Positions 51,962 to 64,000 of a DNA stretch of 64,000 nucleotides are shown piece by piece. Position numbers and translations under genes: made by a program. The notes under the pieces are model-generated. The model was given only the letters and a program-made list of their open reading frames with translations. It did not search any database and was not told where the DNA came from. Numbering within the stretch: position 1 is the stretch's first letter; the number at the start of each line of letters is the position of its first letter. The stretch comes from Podarcis melisellensis (taxonomy: Eukaryota), in the NCBI GenBank assembly GCA_964234715.1, contig OZ174284.1; one strand, given 5' to 3'.

Positions 51962-53573
51962 GTAAGAATTTCAGTTATACTAGCTTGCATTCATTTAAGT
52001 CATATGATGGGAAATAGGGGGTCCTGATGCTTCTGTAGAGAATTCTGTATAGATCTGTTCTATAACTACTTTCATGTGTTGGGTGCTATGCTGTGGCAGT
52101 CCTGACTTCAAAATATTAAGTATCTGGACTTAAGTATGGATGTAATGGTTTTGGTGCAAATTAAGTGGAGAAAGGACAGCTGAGACTCAGGTTTAGTGTG
52201 GATCTGTTTAGGAATTATGGTCTCCATGTGCATGGAAAATAATGTTGGCACAATTACTTAGATAATGCCTGGAAATCTAGATACAGTACTAGGACTTTCT
52301 AGGGCTTTTCTGACTAGGATGAACAAGCACACCAGCAAACTGCAGAAGAGGGGGCAAAGGAATACATCTAATATCTTTGATATACTAGATGATATACTAG
52401 ATATGGGTTCTTGAATAACTCTTCTCATACACAAGTGAAGGAGGCATGGGGCCCAACCATCACTATGCACAAAATGCAGGTTTGTCTCTGTAAGAATGAA
52501 AGGTAATCAAAAGTTTCAGTTAATGTAATTTAATGGTGGTGCCTGTCTTGTGCGGTTGGAAGGAATAGGAATGTTTAAACGGGCTAATGTAAGTTAATTA
52601 CACTTGACAAAGATATGGAGTATTAAGCACTCTTTATTTTGATAAGTGCTGTGTTAACCTATGCCACTTTAATACAGATACTATATTCTGGTGCTTGGTT
52701 GAGCAGTTAAGAATTTATTTTTGGCTCTGAAGTTGCTTTTCAGCATATCGTTCACTTGCCATTTTGAACTGCTGTGAAAGAAAGCTTAGTGCAAATATAT
52801 TAACCCAGTTTTCAACACAAGTAGGGTGAAAGAGAGCTATGCTCACTTGATTCTAAAATGCTTTAAAAATAGTTAACACAGAAAAATTTATGTAAGTGAC
52901 AGAGTAGGCTATAGTTTAAATTGGCATGTAATAGCAAGCAGGAACTTCTGCAAAAACAGTGCAAAGGCAGCAAATACTTAATCCAGGGGATTGCCTTGAA
53001 AGGAGGAAATGTCGTAATTATCCAGTGTACCATTTAATGTATTTGGAAACTAATTGATGAAAGAGGAAGGTCTGATTCACTTCAGACTTCCTTCATCCTG
53101 TTCCATGAATGCTCACTCTGGTGACTTTGGTTTTATTGTCTTGCTTCTTAGCTACTACACTATATTAGCTCAAAGATAACACAAGAGTTTTTCTGATTAT
53201 CTTTTGTTATGATTGATTATCTTTTATATATGCAAAGCTGGTATGACTTCGAGAATGGAATAAAGTATTTACATTATTTGATACAAAACAATTGTATATC
53301 AGTGAAAGTGTATAGTCCCAAATAGTAAACTTCTTAAACTGAAACATTAAGTTCAAGAGAGATATTAACTTAAAACAACAACTTGAAACTTCCGTGTTCA
53401 TAGTCCTCTTTCAGTTGAAATATTAACTGTTCCAAACCATTCACTGGCCTTTATTGTGGTTAGTGAGTATACTTCTGTGTATGCTAATACAATACTGAGC
53501 ATAGGTTCACAAAAATTTATCAGCCCACAAGTTGTGATACTAATCCTGTGGTGGTCATTTAAGGTGTAAAATA

Positions 53574-53798
53574 CAGTGGTACCTCGGGTTAAGTACTTAA
53601 TTCGTTCCGGAGGTCTGTTCTTAACCTGAAACTTTTCTTAAGCTGAAGCACCACTTTAGCTAATAGGGCTCCTGCTGCCGCTGCGCCACCGGAGCACGAT
53701 TTCTGTTCTCATCCTGAAGCAAAGTTTTTAACCTGAAGCACTATTGCTGCATTAGGCGAGTCTGTAACCTGAAGCGTATGTAACCCGAGGTACCACTG
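53574..53798 (+). mobile_element. Tc1/mariner-type MITE, family A
   Basis: TA|CAGTGGTACCTCGGGTTA...TAACCCGAGGTACCACTG|TA, perfect 18-bp TIR. Confidence 0.92.
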
Positions 53799-56154
53799 TA
53801 ATAATAAACAAGCAACTTTATATTTGTCAATCCCAAACAAGTGCCATTGTTCTTGAGCTCTTATCATCCCTTACCGTTGCCCTTGCTGACTGGGGCTAAT
53901 GGGATTTGTAGCGGAAAACATCTGGAAGGCAGCTAGTTGGGGAAGGCTGATTTAAACCTTACCTGTCTAGTCACCTCGATACTACTCTGTAAGCAGCTCT
54001 TTTCACAGAATAAATAAGACCAAGTAGTTTGGAAGAATGTGCTAATAGATATCAGTGTGTCTCTTGCCTATAATAAGTCATCAAAGTTTGTACTACTAAG
54101 TCAACATTATCTAAATCAAGGCCTGCTAGTAACTGGAAGGCATACTTCGTATTATATGCAGGTACAATGTGTTGTAGATATGTGTGTTGACCAAATGTGA
54201 TGTGTACTAGCTTATACATAACTAACACTGCTTCTCAATGTTAGCTTGACCCTCAAATGGCTTTGTGTACATGGCTGGAAGCCCTGAACAGTACAACATG
54301 TCCTTTACATGCTCTCCCTCCCTCCCTCCCTTTGGTTTGTTTTTTAAATTATTTCGGTGGACTTTTGAATTTGTATTGTAATCACTCCATGTGATCAGAT
54401 CACAAGAAGGTAATTTGAATTCAAGACTTGAATAGTTCTGCATGAAAATACATAGATCATAACTCTATGCAATTAAGTGTTCTAACTGATAAGGGCTGCC
54501 TGTCAGATTACTAACAGGTTTTTCCCCTTTTTGAGTTGTAGATTAAAATGTTTTATAAAAGTCTGTTAAAACTTAGAACTGCAGCCTTTAATTAGGATGC
54601 CTCATTAGTCAGTTAACATATATGTCTAAAAACAAGGGAAGTATCATTTTTATTCAAAATCATTTTGTTGTATTTGGTAGTTTTCCTTTAGTAGGTGAGC
54701 AACTGAAGAACAGGGTTTTGTTCTGTTTTTGCAATGCAATAAGAGCAGGGACCTTTCATCGAAATTCATACTTCTAAAAGAACAGGAACAATTCATCTGA
54801 GCCAACAGCCTTTGTTGATAAGGCACTAAAAGTGAGCTGGTAGGAGTAAATTTAATAGGGCAAAATGGTGACTAAAAGCCCCTTGGAATGCCAGTTAGAC
54901 AGTAGCTTGTATTGTATCGCAGTTCATGATATCAACAGTTTTTTAACTTTACATGGCCCCCAAATTCCAAGTTGGTTACTACTACTCAGATAATTTTACT
55001 GCTCAAAGTGCCAATGTGGATTGAGGTTTCAATCACCTGTGAATAAATGTTTATTTAGGAAGAGTTCTGAGACTGTTAGGTTATGTACAAAGGAACATGA
55101 AGCACAGGTCAAAGGGAGCATGCCATATAAATTAGGACCTTCTTATGTGTGTTCAGTTCTGGGTTTAATAAATATTAATCTTGTAAAACGCACACAGTTC
55201 TATCCTGTTCTGTCATATCTGTTCATCTGTCTCCCCACCACCACCACCTCAAAATCTTTGTGGCTTAATGGTAAATATAGGTTATGCCTGGTGAGAGGAA
55301 AATCTGTTAATATTAATTTTGTGCTCATTTATGTACAGAAAGATAGGCCATGGTGAAGGTGAGACTGGCCACTGGGTTTGACATAAGAGTAGTATGATCA
55401 GAAATCAGATCTTGGCCTGTTTGGATAAACCATACTAAAACTAACCACAGTTCCCTATTTGGAGGAAAAGACAAACTGCAGCTGGTATAAAATGGAAATG
55501 GATGTGTCAGAGGAGGAGGGAGGAGGAAGAGCAGGCTTGTACATACTAAACCATGATTTAGTGTTGCATCATTTTGGGAATGAGAAAAGAAAGGATAGCG
55601 ATGGATATAATAAATGTGGCAATGTATTTGAGAGAAAACAAAGTGAATCTCATTTTGCCAATTAGGACCAAGATAGATTCTGGGTAAGTTGGAAACCAGT
55701 GGTTACTTAAGAGAAAGAAATTATCTTAGCATGCCTTACTTAATTGTTGCAGACTTCTAGGAGAGAGGAGGGCAATATATATGCTTGTTGGATTCTTTCC
55801 AGCATTCCTCTTTAAAAAATGATTTTTACGATTGCAGTTGCATTTAAAATATATAGTTTCAAAAATACAAGTAAAATAAGAAAAGTTGTTTTTTCATAAT
55901 TAAGTGTGGAAGTTCATTTGATTAAAAGCTGACGTTTTCCACACTCAAATATAACTAATGCTTTGATTGTTGAATTGGAGAGAAATCATGAATCAAATCA
56001 CCGTGGCATATCTTGTGAAGAATAAAACTGTCCATATGACACAAGCATTGTGCCTCTATAAGATTGAATGTCACCAGCCATGCTAAACTTCATTAGAGAT
56101 TTAAATAGACATTTTTTGTTACCATATTTTCTCACATATTCTTCTGTATTTCAG

Positions 56155-56243
56155 GGAGTCAAACCAGCAAGCTTTGATAAAGTTGCAATTCCTGAAGTAA
56201 AGGAAATCATTGAGGGATGCATTCGTCAAAACAAAGATGAAAG
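56155..56243 (+). CDS. WNK1: WNK1 exon 5 (89 bp)
   Basis: tttcag|GGA GTC AAA... [30 protein letters not shown]; donor AG|gtaaat. Confidence 0.98.
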
Positions 56244-56329
56244 GTAAATATTCATTCGATTTGGATGAGGCACTTCAGATATTACACAGTGCACAACAAC
56301 AGTGGTGTGTACTCCTTGAACAGTCAGAT

Positions 56330-56700
56330 AAAAATAATAAAGAAAGAGAAATGAAAAGGACTTTCGATTCCCTGTCTGTCAGTTCCATATAAAAAGATTA
56401 TTCAAAGTATTCATTCTACAATAACATCCAGCTGTTCTTCCTTCTGCTAAGCTAAGTGATACTTTCTCAGTCTTCAAACCCAAATGTCTCAAATTCATTA
56501 ATTTTCCTTTCCACACGAAACATCTAAAAGGGTTTCCCCAATTATTATTATTGATAAATGTCGACAATAATTTTTTTCTAGCCCAATGTAACAACTTTTC
56601 CTCCAGTAACTTCAACAACCTTTCTTCCATATTGAAAAATAATAAATTGTTTCATCTTTGTTCACACAAAAGTCTCTACACTATGGTCATATGTTAAAAT
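56330..56700 (-). mobile_element. L1-clade LINE extreme 3' fragment
   Basis: Minus-strand remnants MT...RLL..QR and MEERLLKLLE...KKLLSTFIN..W, resembling squamate L1 ORF2 C-terminus, followed by UTR-like sequence. Confidence 0.5.
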
Positions 56701-56829
56701 ATTTTATATTTATTTATTGTATGTTTGTTAATTCACATTCAGTTCTGTTATCTTCCGATCCTATTTTCTGTTGGCTGTGATTTTCCTTCCTAATTTTATT
56801 TTGTAAGTTCTTTCCATTTCTCACCAATA

Positions 56830-57140
56830 TAGAAATAAAAATGAAGCTACGGGGAAACTAACAGAATATGAAAAGAGAGTAATAAGAGATAGTATAATGA
56901 CTAAGGGATTGATTTCCCTTTTATACAAAACCCTTATTAAGACTTTGCCCTCAAAAACATTTTAAAAACTGATGGGAATTAATTTGGGATATAAACATTG
57001 AAGAGGATAAATGGAACAATTTATGGACAAAAGGACCATATAAATCTCCATCAGCAACTAAGGATTGATTGCTAAAAATTGTGCATGGATTGTATTTAGC
57101 ATTCAGTATCAGTCATCCTTATTGTTTTAAAAAAGCAAGT
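56830..57140 (+). mobile_element. L1-clade LINE ORF2 fragment
   Basis: Plus-strand remnants LTEYEKRV...KGLISLLYKTLL...INIEEDKWNNLW...LLKIVHGLYL (region preceding the CCHC motif). Confidence 0.55.
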
Positions 57141-57315
57141 CCCTTTAGAAATGGCATGGATATATAGAGTTTGTCTTAGAACAAGATTTAAATATTCCGT
57201 GGAATATGGGCAGCCCAATTGGAAAATGGAGGAATTGTTTGTGTATTGTACTATGTGATAACGTTCTTTTGTCTTTTCTATTCCCCTTTTATTATTTCCT
57301 TTCCATTATGCTCAG

Positions 57316-57535
57316 GTATGCTATCAAGGACCTTCTGAATCATGCATTCTTCCAGGAAGAAACTGGTGTGCGGGTAGAGCTAGCGGAAGAAGATGATGGA
57401 GAGAAAATTGCCATCAAGCTTTGGTTACGAATTGAAGACATTAAAAAACTTAAGGGCAAATATAAGGATAATGAAGCGATAGAATTTTCTTTCGACTTGG
57501 AGAGAGATGTCCCAGAAGATGTAGCACAAGAAATG
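57316..57535 (+). CDS. WNK1: WNK1 exon 6 (220 bp), end of kinase domain and autoinhibitory (PF2/CCT-like) domain
   Basis: ctcag|G TAT... [73 protein letters not shown]; donor ATG|gtatgt. Confidence 0.98.
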
Positions 57536-58816
57536 GTATGTCATATAGATATGACAGATATTCCCACTTCTGCACCTATTTTGGCAGATTCCAGAGACAT
57601 GGAATTGAACCCTGTCGCTGATTTTTTTTCTTTCATGATTTTGCTCACCCCAGTGCAGCCCAATTAAACTTAATACAGTGGGAATAAATGGTGTCTTCTT
57701 GTTGTGATGTCTTTCTCAGACAAGCCAGAATTCCATAGCTGTCTGAAAAACAGTAGCTGGGGAAAGCAGTCACACAATGTAAGGGGCTGAACTCTGCCAC
57801 CCTTCTAATTTGAGCATACCTACAGAGGTAGCTTTGATTTTCATTTCCCCTTGCTCCCCCAGTCATGCACATATTTTCAATAATGGATGAATCCCATATT
57901 TTTCTTAAGTAAAGAATAATCAGTGCACTTAAGAGTTGCTCTGCTTCATGGGTAGCCCATGTGATACTCTTCAGATGTTGCTGAACATAAAAAAAAATCC
58001 ATGCATCAGGGATGATGGTAGTTGTAGTCCAGCAGCACCTGGGGGCACAACATTGGCTACCCCTGCTCTAGATTATGTAGATGCAGTGGACATTTGTTGA
58101 AACTTGCCTTTATGATTTCCCAGAAGGGTTAATTTGGGGGATTAACTACTACCATCCAGCTGTCAGTTCAATGATATTTTAACACTTCTTTCAAAAAATT
58201 ATATACTTTAGGGCACTTTTACCACATAGAGAAACACATCTGTCTATCTGCTCACTTGCCATTATACTTTTAAGCTGGATACAGTACTTACATTTTTACC
58301 CTCCAAGGCATAAAACACCACCTGAATCAGTTTTTGCAACAAGCTTCTCTCCAATAAATTAGAAGGGTGCAAATGTTGCTAGGTCTCATTCCTTAGCCAA
58401 TTCCAAACTAACAGTTGAGTACTTCTGAACAGAAGGTTGATGCAGCTGCTTTGACCTTGCAGCTGGGGTAGAAGACACTGTATCCATCTTTTCCTTTCAA
58501 GGTGATTGCACTGACTGCCATATAAATGGGAAGGCAGATGCACTTAGTAGTATATGTGCTATCCATTGCTTCATGTGAAGATATTATTTGGTTTATGATA
58601 GGATCTTATAATCTTTTTGCCTTGATTTTTTCCCAGTAGTGCTCTTTCAGAAGACATGCATGAGCTTGCAATAGTTTAACTACTGCAACATGTATTAGCT
58701 GGAAATGCTGCAGCATTGGAAAGCTAACTGTCTTGGCGCATTTGATGTATAATTATAGAAAGTTTTATTTTGCTTTATCATTGTTTATCTGATGACATGA
58801 ACCATCCACTTTTCAG

Positions 58817-59153
58817 GTTGAGTCTGGGTATGTCTGTGAAGGGGATCACAAGACAATGGCCAAAGCTATAAAGGATAGAGTGTCCTTGATCAAGCGAAAG
58901 AGGGAGCAGCGTCAGTTGGTGAGAGAAGAACAGGAAAAAAGAAAGCAAGAAGAAGTCAGTCAGAAACAGCAGACAGAGCAGCAGTTACAAGCGGGCACTA
59001 CCCAGCAAGGAACTAAACATGCTGCGCCTGCCACTGGTGTCACTGCCATCCCTGCTGCTTCAGCTTCGGTTTCCACACAAGTAGAGCCTGAGGAGCCAGA
59101 AGCCGATCAACATCAACAGCTGCAGTATCATCAACCTAGCATTTCTGTATTGT
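58817..59153 (+). CDS. WNK1: WNK1 exon 7 (337 bp), coiled coil and acidic KLHL3-binding degron
   Basis: tttcag|GTT GAG... VESGYVCEGDHKTMAKAIKDRVSLIKRKREQRQLVREEQEK...EPEEPEADQHQ (59084-59116)...PSISVL-S; donor T|gtaagt. Confidence 0.97.
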
Positions 59154-59507
59154 GTAAGTACATGCATCTTCTGACCTGTATTTTTGGACAGTTAAGTCAA
59201 TACATAAAGCCCAGTGTGACTGAAACATGTCACTATACAATAAACTAGTCACCACCCTCCTGGGTCATCTACAGGCATTTATGATTTAGATAAACGTAAG
59301 TGGTTAAGATAGATGGCTCCACTGCTCTCTTGGTAGACCTCATCATATCAGCTGCTCCTTGAACATCTGAACTAGCAAGACCACCTTTAAGAAGCATACT
59401 TGCACTGAGGCTGATGCAGACAGTTCCTCACCCCAAACTGCCCTTGCAACAGATGCAACCCCCCTTCCCTGGGAGAAATTTTCTTTTGCTCAGAATGGGA
59501 AGTGAAG

Positions 59508-59510
<3 letters not shown>

Positions 59511-59548
<38 letters not shown>
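59511..59548. repeat. (CA)19 microsatellite
   Basis: Perfect CA array seen directly. Confidence 0.97.
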
Positions 59549-59550
<2 letters not shown>

Positions 59551-60549
59551 ATTCATCACTTTGCCTGCAGACTAAATGCACCTTGGACTGACTTTGTGTA
59601 GATATGTGACTGGCCCACTAACAAATGTTTACTCCAAACACTGAAGCTTGAGAATCCTTGTAGATCTTGTGAATCAGCAGGATGCAACTATCACAACAGC
59701 AGTATACAAAGAGTTTAAACCCGGGTACAGAATGAGGATCCTGATGTATCTCCAGATTTTGAGCAGACTTTCATTCCAGCTCCCATAGGTGGCTGATGTT
59801 GATCTTGACCTGAAGGTACTGCTCTTGGAAGAATTGTATAATGAAGGTGAGGGTGCTGATGACTTGGCCATGGTTTTGCTGCAGCCTGATTTCCACTTTT
59901 GATGGCTTTGAAGACAGCTCTCCTGACTAAAAAAAGCCAGAATGAGAGTGGCTCCTATCTGGAGCTTTATCTACAAGCAGAGAACCTTGATTTAGCCATG
60001 CAAGCATCAGCCCTATTGCACCCTAACCTGCCCATCAGGTTTATGTTCCATGTCCTGTCTTCCCTCTTTCTTCTCCTTCAGAACAGAAACTCTCATACAG
60101 GAGGAGGGGAAAGTACAGGAAATCCAAGTGTTGTGGGACTAACATGGGTAGTGATGGTGTTTCAGGCCACAGTGGTGCCCTCATGGTGGCGTTGTGCTTG
60201 GTGGGGTGGGATAAAGTAAAGTGGCAGTGAAGTCAGAAGAGCTCTGCGTTGGTGATGCTGGCATGCATTCACACCTGTGGGACTGCTGCAACCAACTTAG
60301 AGATCCTCTAACCTTGCTGGACTATTGTAGCAAGTTCACATTGCTGCCATCAGAAAAACACCACTGCCACACCACCTTTCCATCATGTGCCATTACTATG
60401 TTCAGGCATAGTTGAAGAGCCAAGCCAGAGACTATGTGATGCCTGTTGGAAAGCTATGGGGAGAAGTACCATTGAACATAAGACAAAGGGCCAGACAAAG
60501 GGACTTGGGTCAATAAATAAACATGGTACAGCTTGAAAAGGATTATGTT

Positions 60550-61660
60550 AAGGCCACCAGGGAAACACTGAAGATCCCTACAAGAATCACAAATAAAAGT
60601 TGATTGCAGAGGCATATGAGGAAGGGGAGTTTAAGGGACTCTACCAAACAGTGGTCACATCAATGTGCTCTTCTGATGCTGAATTCAAGAGAGCCATGCC
60701 ACTGTCCTAGAGAGGCAAGTGACTTGGTAGAAATGCATAACAGACACACTAAATGAACAACTGGCAGCTCTGCAGCCACCTATCCAGTATTCTCACTGCC
60801 GGGATACATCCTACTGTATGTTAGCAGAATCACGCACAACCCTGATTGAACACAAATCTTCTCTGAGTCAATAGATCAGCCAAGGACCCACTGTAGATGT
60901 ATATGGACCAGCTACTGTTCATTGCTCATTGTGCATTGCACATTTGCTGTTGAAAGGATACTTGAGGTCAGGAGCACCACTGCCTTGTAAGACCAGCTGA
61001 ACTTTGAAATGATAATGGCTATGAAGATATGGGCCTTTCTGAAAACAGAGGCAGTCTGGTTTTGGCACATGATGTGGAAGAATAGGATGATCCTTTGGGA
61101 TGTCTCATGAGATTAAGAAATGGTATAGGAGGAAATGTGGTGTCCAGAAAAAAACTCATGTTGACCCTGTACAAATTGGTCCTTAATGGGAGCTCATTGC
61201 ATATCAGCAGATCATAACATCTATGGGCTGTAAAATCTTCAGAGACGCAATATGTTCTTTTGATTCCTCTCCTAACTGTATTTTGGTCCCTAAAAGCCAA
61301 ATGTTTCAACCGTGTTGTATTCCAGTCTATGGATGGATGCCAAGGGCATGTTCATAGAGATGAACATTGGTATGTTCAGCCAATGTCACAATATGGCCAT
61401 AACATTCTATGTTGTGAAGCATTGAATCTGGACTTCTTGATAATCTCTTTACTTTTAACAAGAACAGATTTGTTGCCATTTTGGGAGCAAAATGCAATCA
61501 GCATTATCTCTGTACTGTGGAAATAAAAGGTGTTATGGACAGGAGTTAGGGCTTCGGGTTTCTTGTACCTGTCCCTGCTGCCTTCCTGAGGCACAACTTC
61601 GTTACTGCCATTGTCCTTGCTAACATACTCAATCTGAGCACAGTTTCTGTGATTTTGTGT
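60550..61660 (-). mobile_element. Possible ancient RTE-clade LINE remnant
   Basis: Minus-strand traces in expected order: QYRDNA (~61520-61500, cf. QYADDA), YKAVVL (~60990-60970), FNQGC (~60850). Highly degenerate. Confidence 0.3.
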
Positions 61661-61814
61661 TGTAGGATTTGGGGGAAGTAGGAGGCATGTACTAGTGCTG
61701 CTGTCTCTACCTTAATTTTGTATAAATTTAAATGAATTCACAAGCAGTTCTGGAACTTTGACTCAGCATGAGTTCATGAGCAATTTAAAACCCACTTTTT
61801 TATGGTCTTTACAG

Positions 61815-62002
61815 CTGATGGCACCGTTGATAGTGGACAAGGATCATCTGTCTTTACCGAATCATGTGTGAGCAGCCAACAGACAGCTTCTTATGGTTCC
61901 CAGCACGAACAGTCTATCCCAACAGTTCAACCCCCAGGATATGCAGCTCCTATTGGCCAGCCACAATCACAACAACCGGGAGGATATCAGACGTCTGGAG
62001 TG
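61815..62002 (+). CDS. WNK1: WNK1 exon 8 (188 bp)
   Basis: ttacag|CT GAT GGC... SDGTVDSGQGSSVFTESCVSSQQTASYGSQHEQ...YQTSGV; donor GTG|gtaagg, phase 0. CDS continues beyond the window. Confidence 0.95.
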
Positions 62003-63778
62003 GTAAGGCCAAAGCCAAAGTAGTAGAGGGAATACTTGCTTGGAATTCCTTTATTTGTGTAGGCTTTTAAAAAAACTTGTAGTCTGAGGTTTGAATGGAA
62101 GTTCAGATATATTTTGTGTGGGTAAAACAACATACACAACAAAGTAAAAATCCTTTCTCTGCTAGTTCTCCAGGCGAGAGAGAGGGTATCTCATAGAAAG
62201 GTATAAAGGCAGCAAAACTTGGGGTGGAAGCAGCAATAAAATTCCCTTTCACTTGCTGATTTTGCCTATAGAGGTATATGAAATTCTATTTAGCCTGCAA
62301 TGCATAGTGTGTGAGGAAGTTTATAATTGAAAAGTTATGATGAGCTTTATGAAACAGCTGAGTGTGTTAAGAGAACATATTGTGCAAGATTTTAATTACA
62401 GCTACAGAAGGTAAGGATTCCTAACCATTATAGAATGCTGCATGCGGACACTGCAGTTTTAAATGATCCCACTTCTGTTTTGCCATTTATTTATAGCTTG
62501 CATTGAATTGCTCATGGGCACAATTACCTTTCCCACTTCATGCGTTCATTTGTGTTACCCTTTATTTGGTACCCTTTTATGGTATGTTTTCAGAGCTGAC
62601 CTTGGGGGTCTTCTAGAAAAACTCTTTTACTCATATCTTTTTACAAACCTTGCTGCTTGTGTAAAGGCCAAAAAAAAAGGAACTGTTCCTCAAATAATTT
62701 ACCTATATCTAGAGGATGCAGCCTTTCTGGTCTGGTTATCTCTGTTATTATGATGATATATTTCTGTAAATTACATTGGCAAGAGCTATCGTAGATGATA
62801 ATTCCTCACTGGAGGAAAATTCTTGCCAGTTTTTACAAACAGAGCATCTTTCCATTCTGTTCAAATGCACATATGAAGTTTTGTGCCCTTTTAAACACAT
62901 GATCAATCACAACTTTTAATACTTTTTTGAAAGTTTATTTGAGTTGAGTTCCATTGCTGCAGTTCAAGGACATGCCTTGGATCAATAACCCATTAAGCAA
63001 TCTTCACATGCCTTGCTTCAAGGTTGAATAATCATGGCTAACACCAGGGGAATACACTAACAGTTCTTCTGAGCAGACCAGGTTTGGATGATGAATTGAA
63101 GACTTCCAGAAAAACTTCCATGCAGACTCTTCTGGAAGTTTCAGGTGTCAGTGCAGTTTCATTGGGAAGAAGACTTCAAAAAAGACCGATCATTTTGGTT
63201 TTCCCCAAGAAGCTCTGGGGGAAAAATACAGAAGCATGTTTGGGGGGGGGGATGACGACCTGGCTGCTGGAGGAACTATTGCATTTTAAAGCAGTAATTT
63301 AGGTGATAATTTGTTTACAATGAGAAAAATAAACCAATGACCTCTGGGGTATAGGCAGATTGCAGCAAATATCTTCTCTAATAAACTCCTCTCCTGGAAG
63401 ATGGCCTAATTCTAATTTTAAGACAGCTGTCACAATTAAAGTCTTGCCTTGTTCCACAGTTTATGCTATGGTTGATTCCTGTTGTCTTGCAGTCCTTGAC
63501 TGAATAAATAACTTAAGGTGGCCAGTCAAATCCTGTATTTAGGAAGCCAGTTCACTTTAGAATGAAATCTGGTGTCAGCAAAAATACTTGAAGACAGTAG
63601 CACTAAATTTGGAAAGAAGAAAAACATCTTTGCACACACCAAGTTGCCAATTTCAAACCAATGTTCATTCCCTTTAGACTTCTAGAGGCTTTCAGTTAGG
63701 AAATGTATCGGTGCTGGGAACAGTTTAAACAAATTTTTTATGGAACCAGGGTGACGAGAACATATGTCTACTTCCTGC

Positions 63779-63798
63779 ATATATATATATATATATAT
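63779..63798. repeat. (AT)10 microsatellite
   Basis: Perfect AT array seen directly. Confidence 0.95.
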
Positions 63799-64000
63799 AA
63801 ACTATTTGACAGAAGTAATGGAATTTGACAGTCAAAATAGAACCTGCAGTCCTCTGAGGTGCTTATAATCCTCTTTATTGTACATGATGTCACTGTCAAG
63901 TTCCTTCATACCCTGTTTGTTCTGATCAGCATTGGCCCTTTGTCATGAATGTGTCTCCCTTAGTTCTAGCTCATTAGCCATGTGGTTTGTGTTCACTTCT

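Noticed and set aside
51667-52027. Longer ORFs around exon 4a (51667-51957, 51803-52027)
   Set aside because: Non-ATG starts and read-through past the donor; only 51875-51961 matches the known peptide.

Overview
Eukaryotic (vertebrate) genomic DNA containing the 5' part of WNK1 (With-No-Lysine kinase 1) on the + strand. It includes the CpG-island promoter/5' UTR, coding exons 1-8 (1040-62002, all GT-AG, reading frame continuous across every junction) and the kidney-specific alternative first exon 4a (51875-51961, cysteine-rich hydrophobic peptide) inside intron 4. The gene continues past the window; exons 8b/HSN2/9 are not seen. The repeat content (BovB, CR1, L1, L2, Ther1/Squam-type SINEs, many TA-flanked Tc1/mariner and 8-bp-TSD hAT MITEs) points to a squamate, most likely a lacertid lizard (inference). 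I see no wholly new gene system. The best second-look items are: (i) a strong cryptic acceptor plus donor 93 nt upstream of exon 4 that would give a poison micro-exon or truncated kinase; (ii) three uATGs, one per frame, with a strong-Kozak polyQ uORF and competing CAG/CTG stems in the 5' leader; (iii) exon 4a and its upstream region; (iv) a triple-nested transposon stack and an internally deleted CR1. Comparisons with human WNK1 are from memory and were not aligned.
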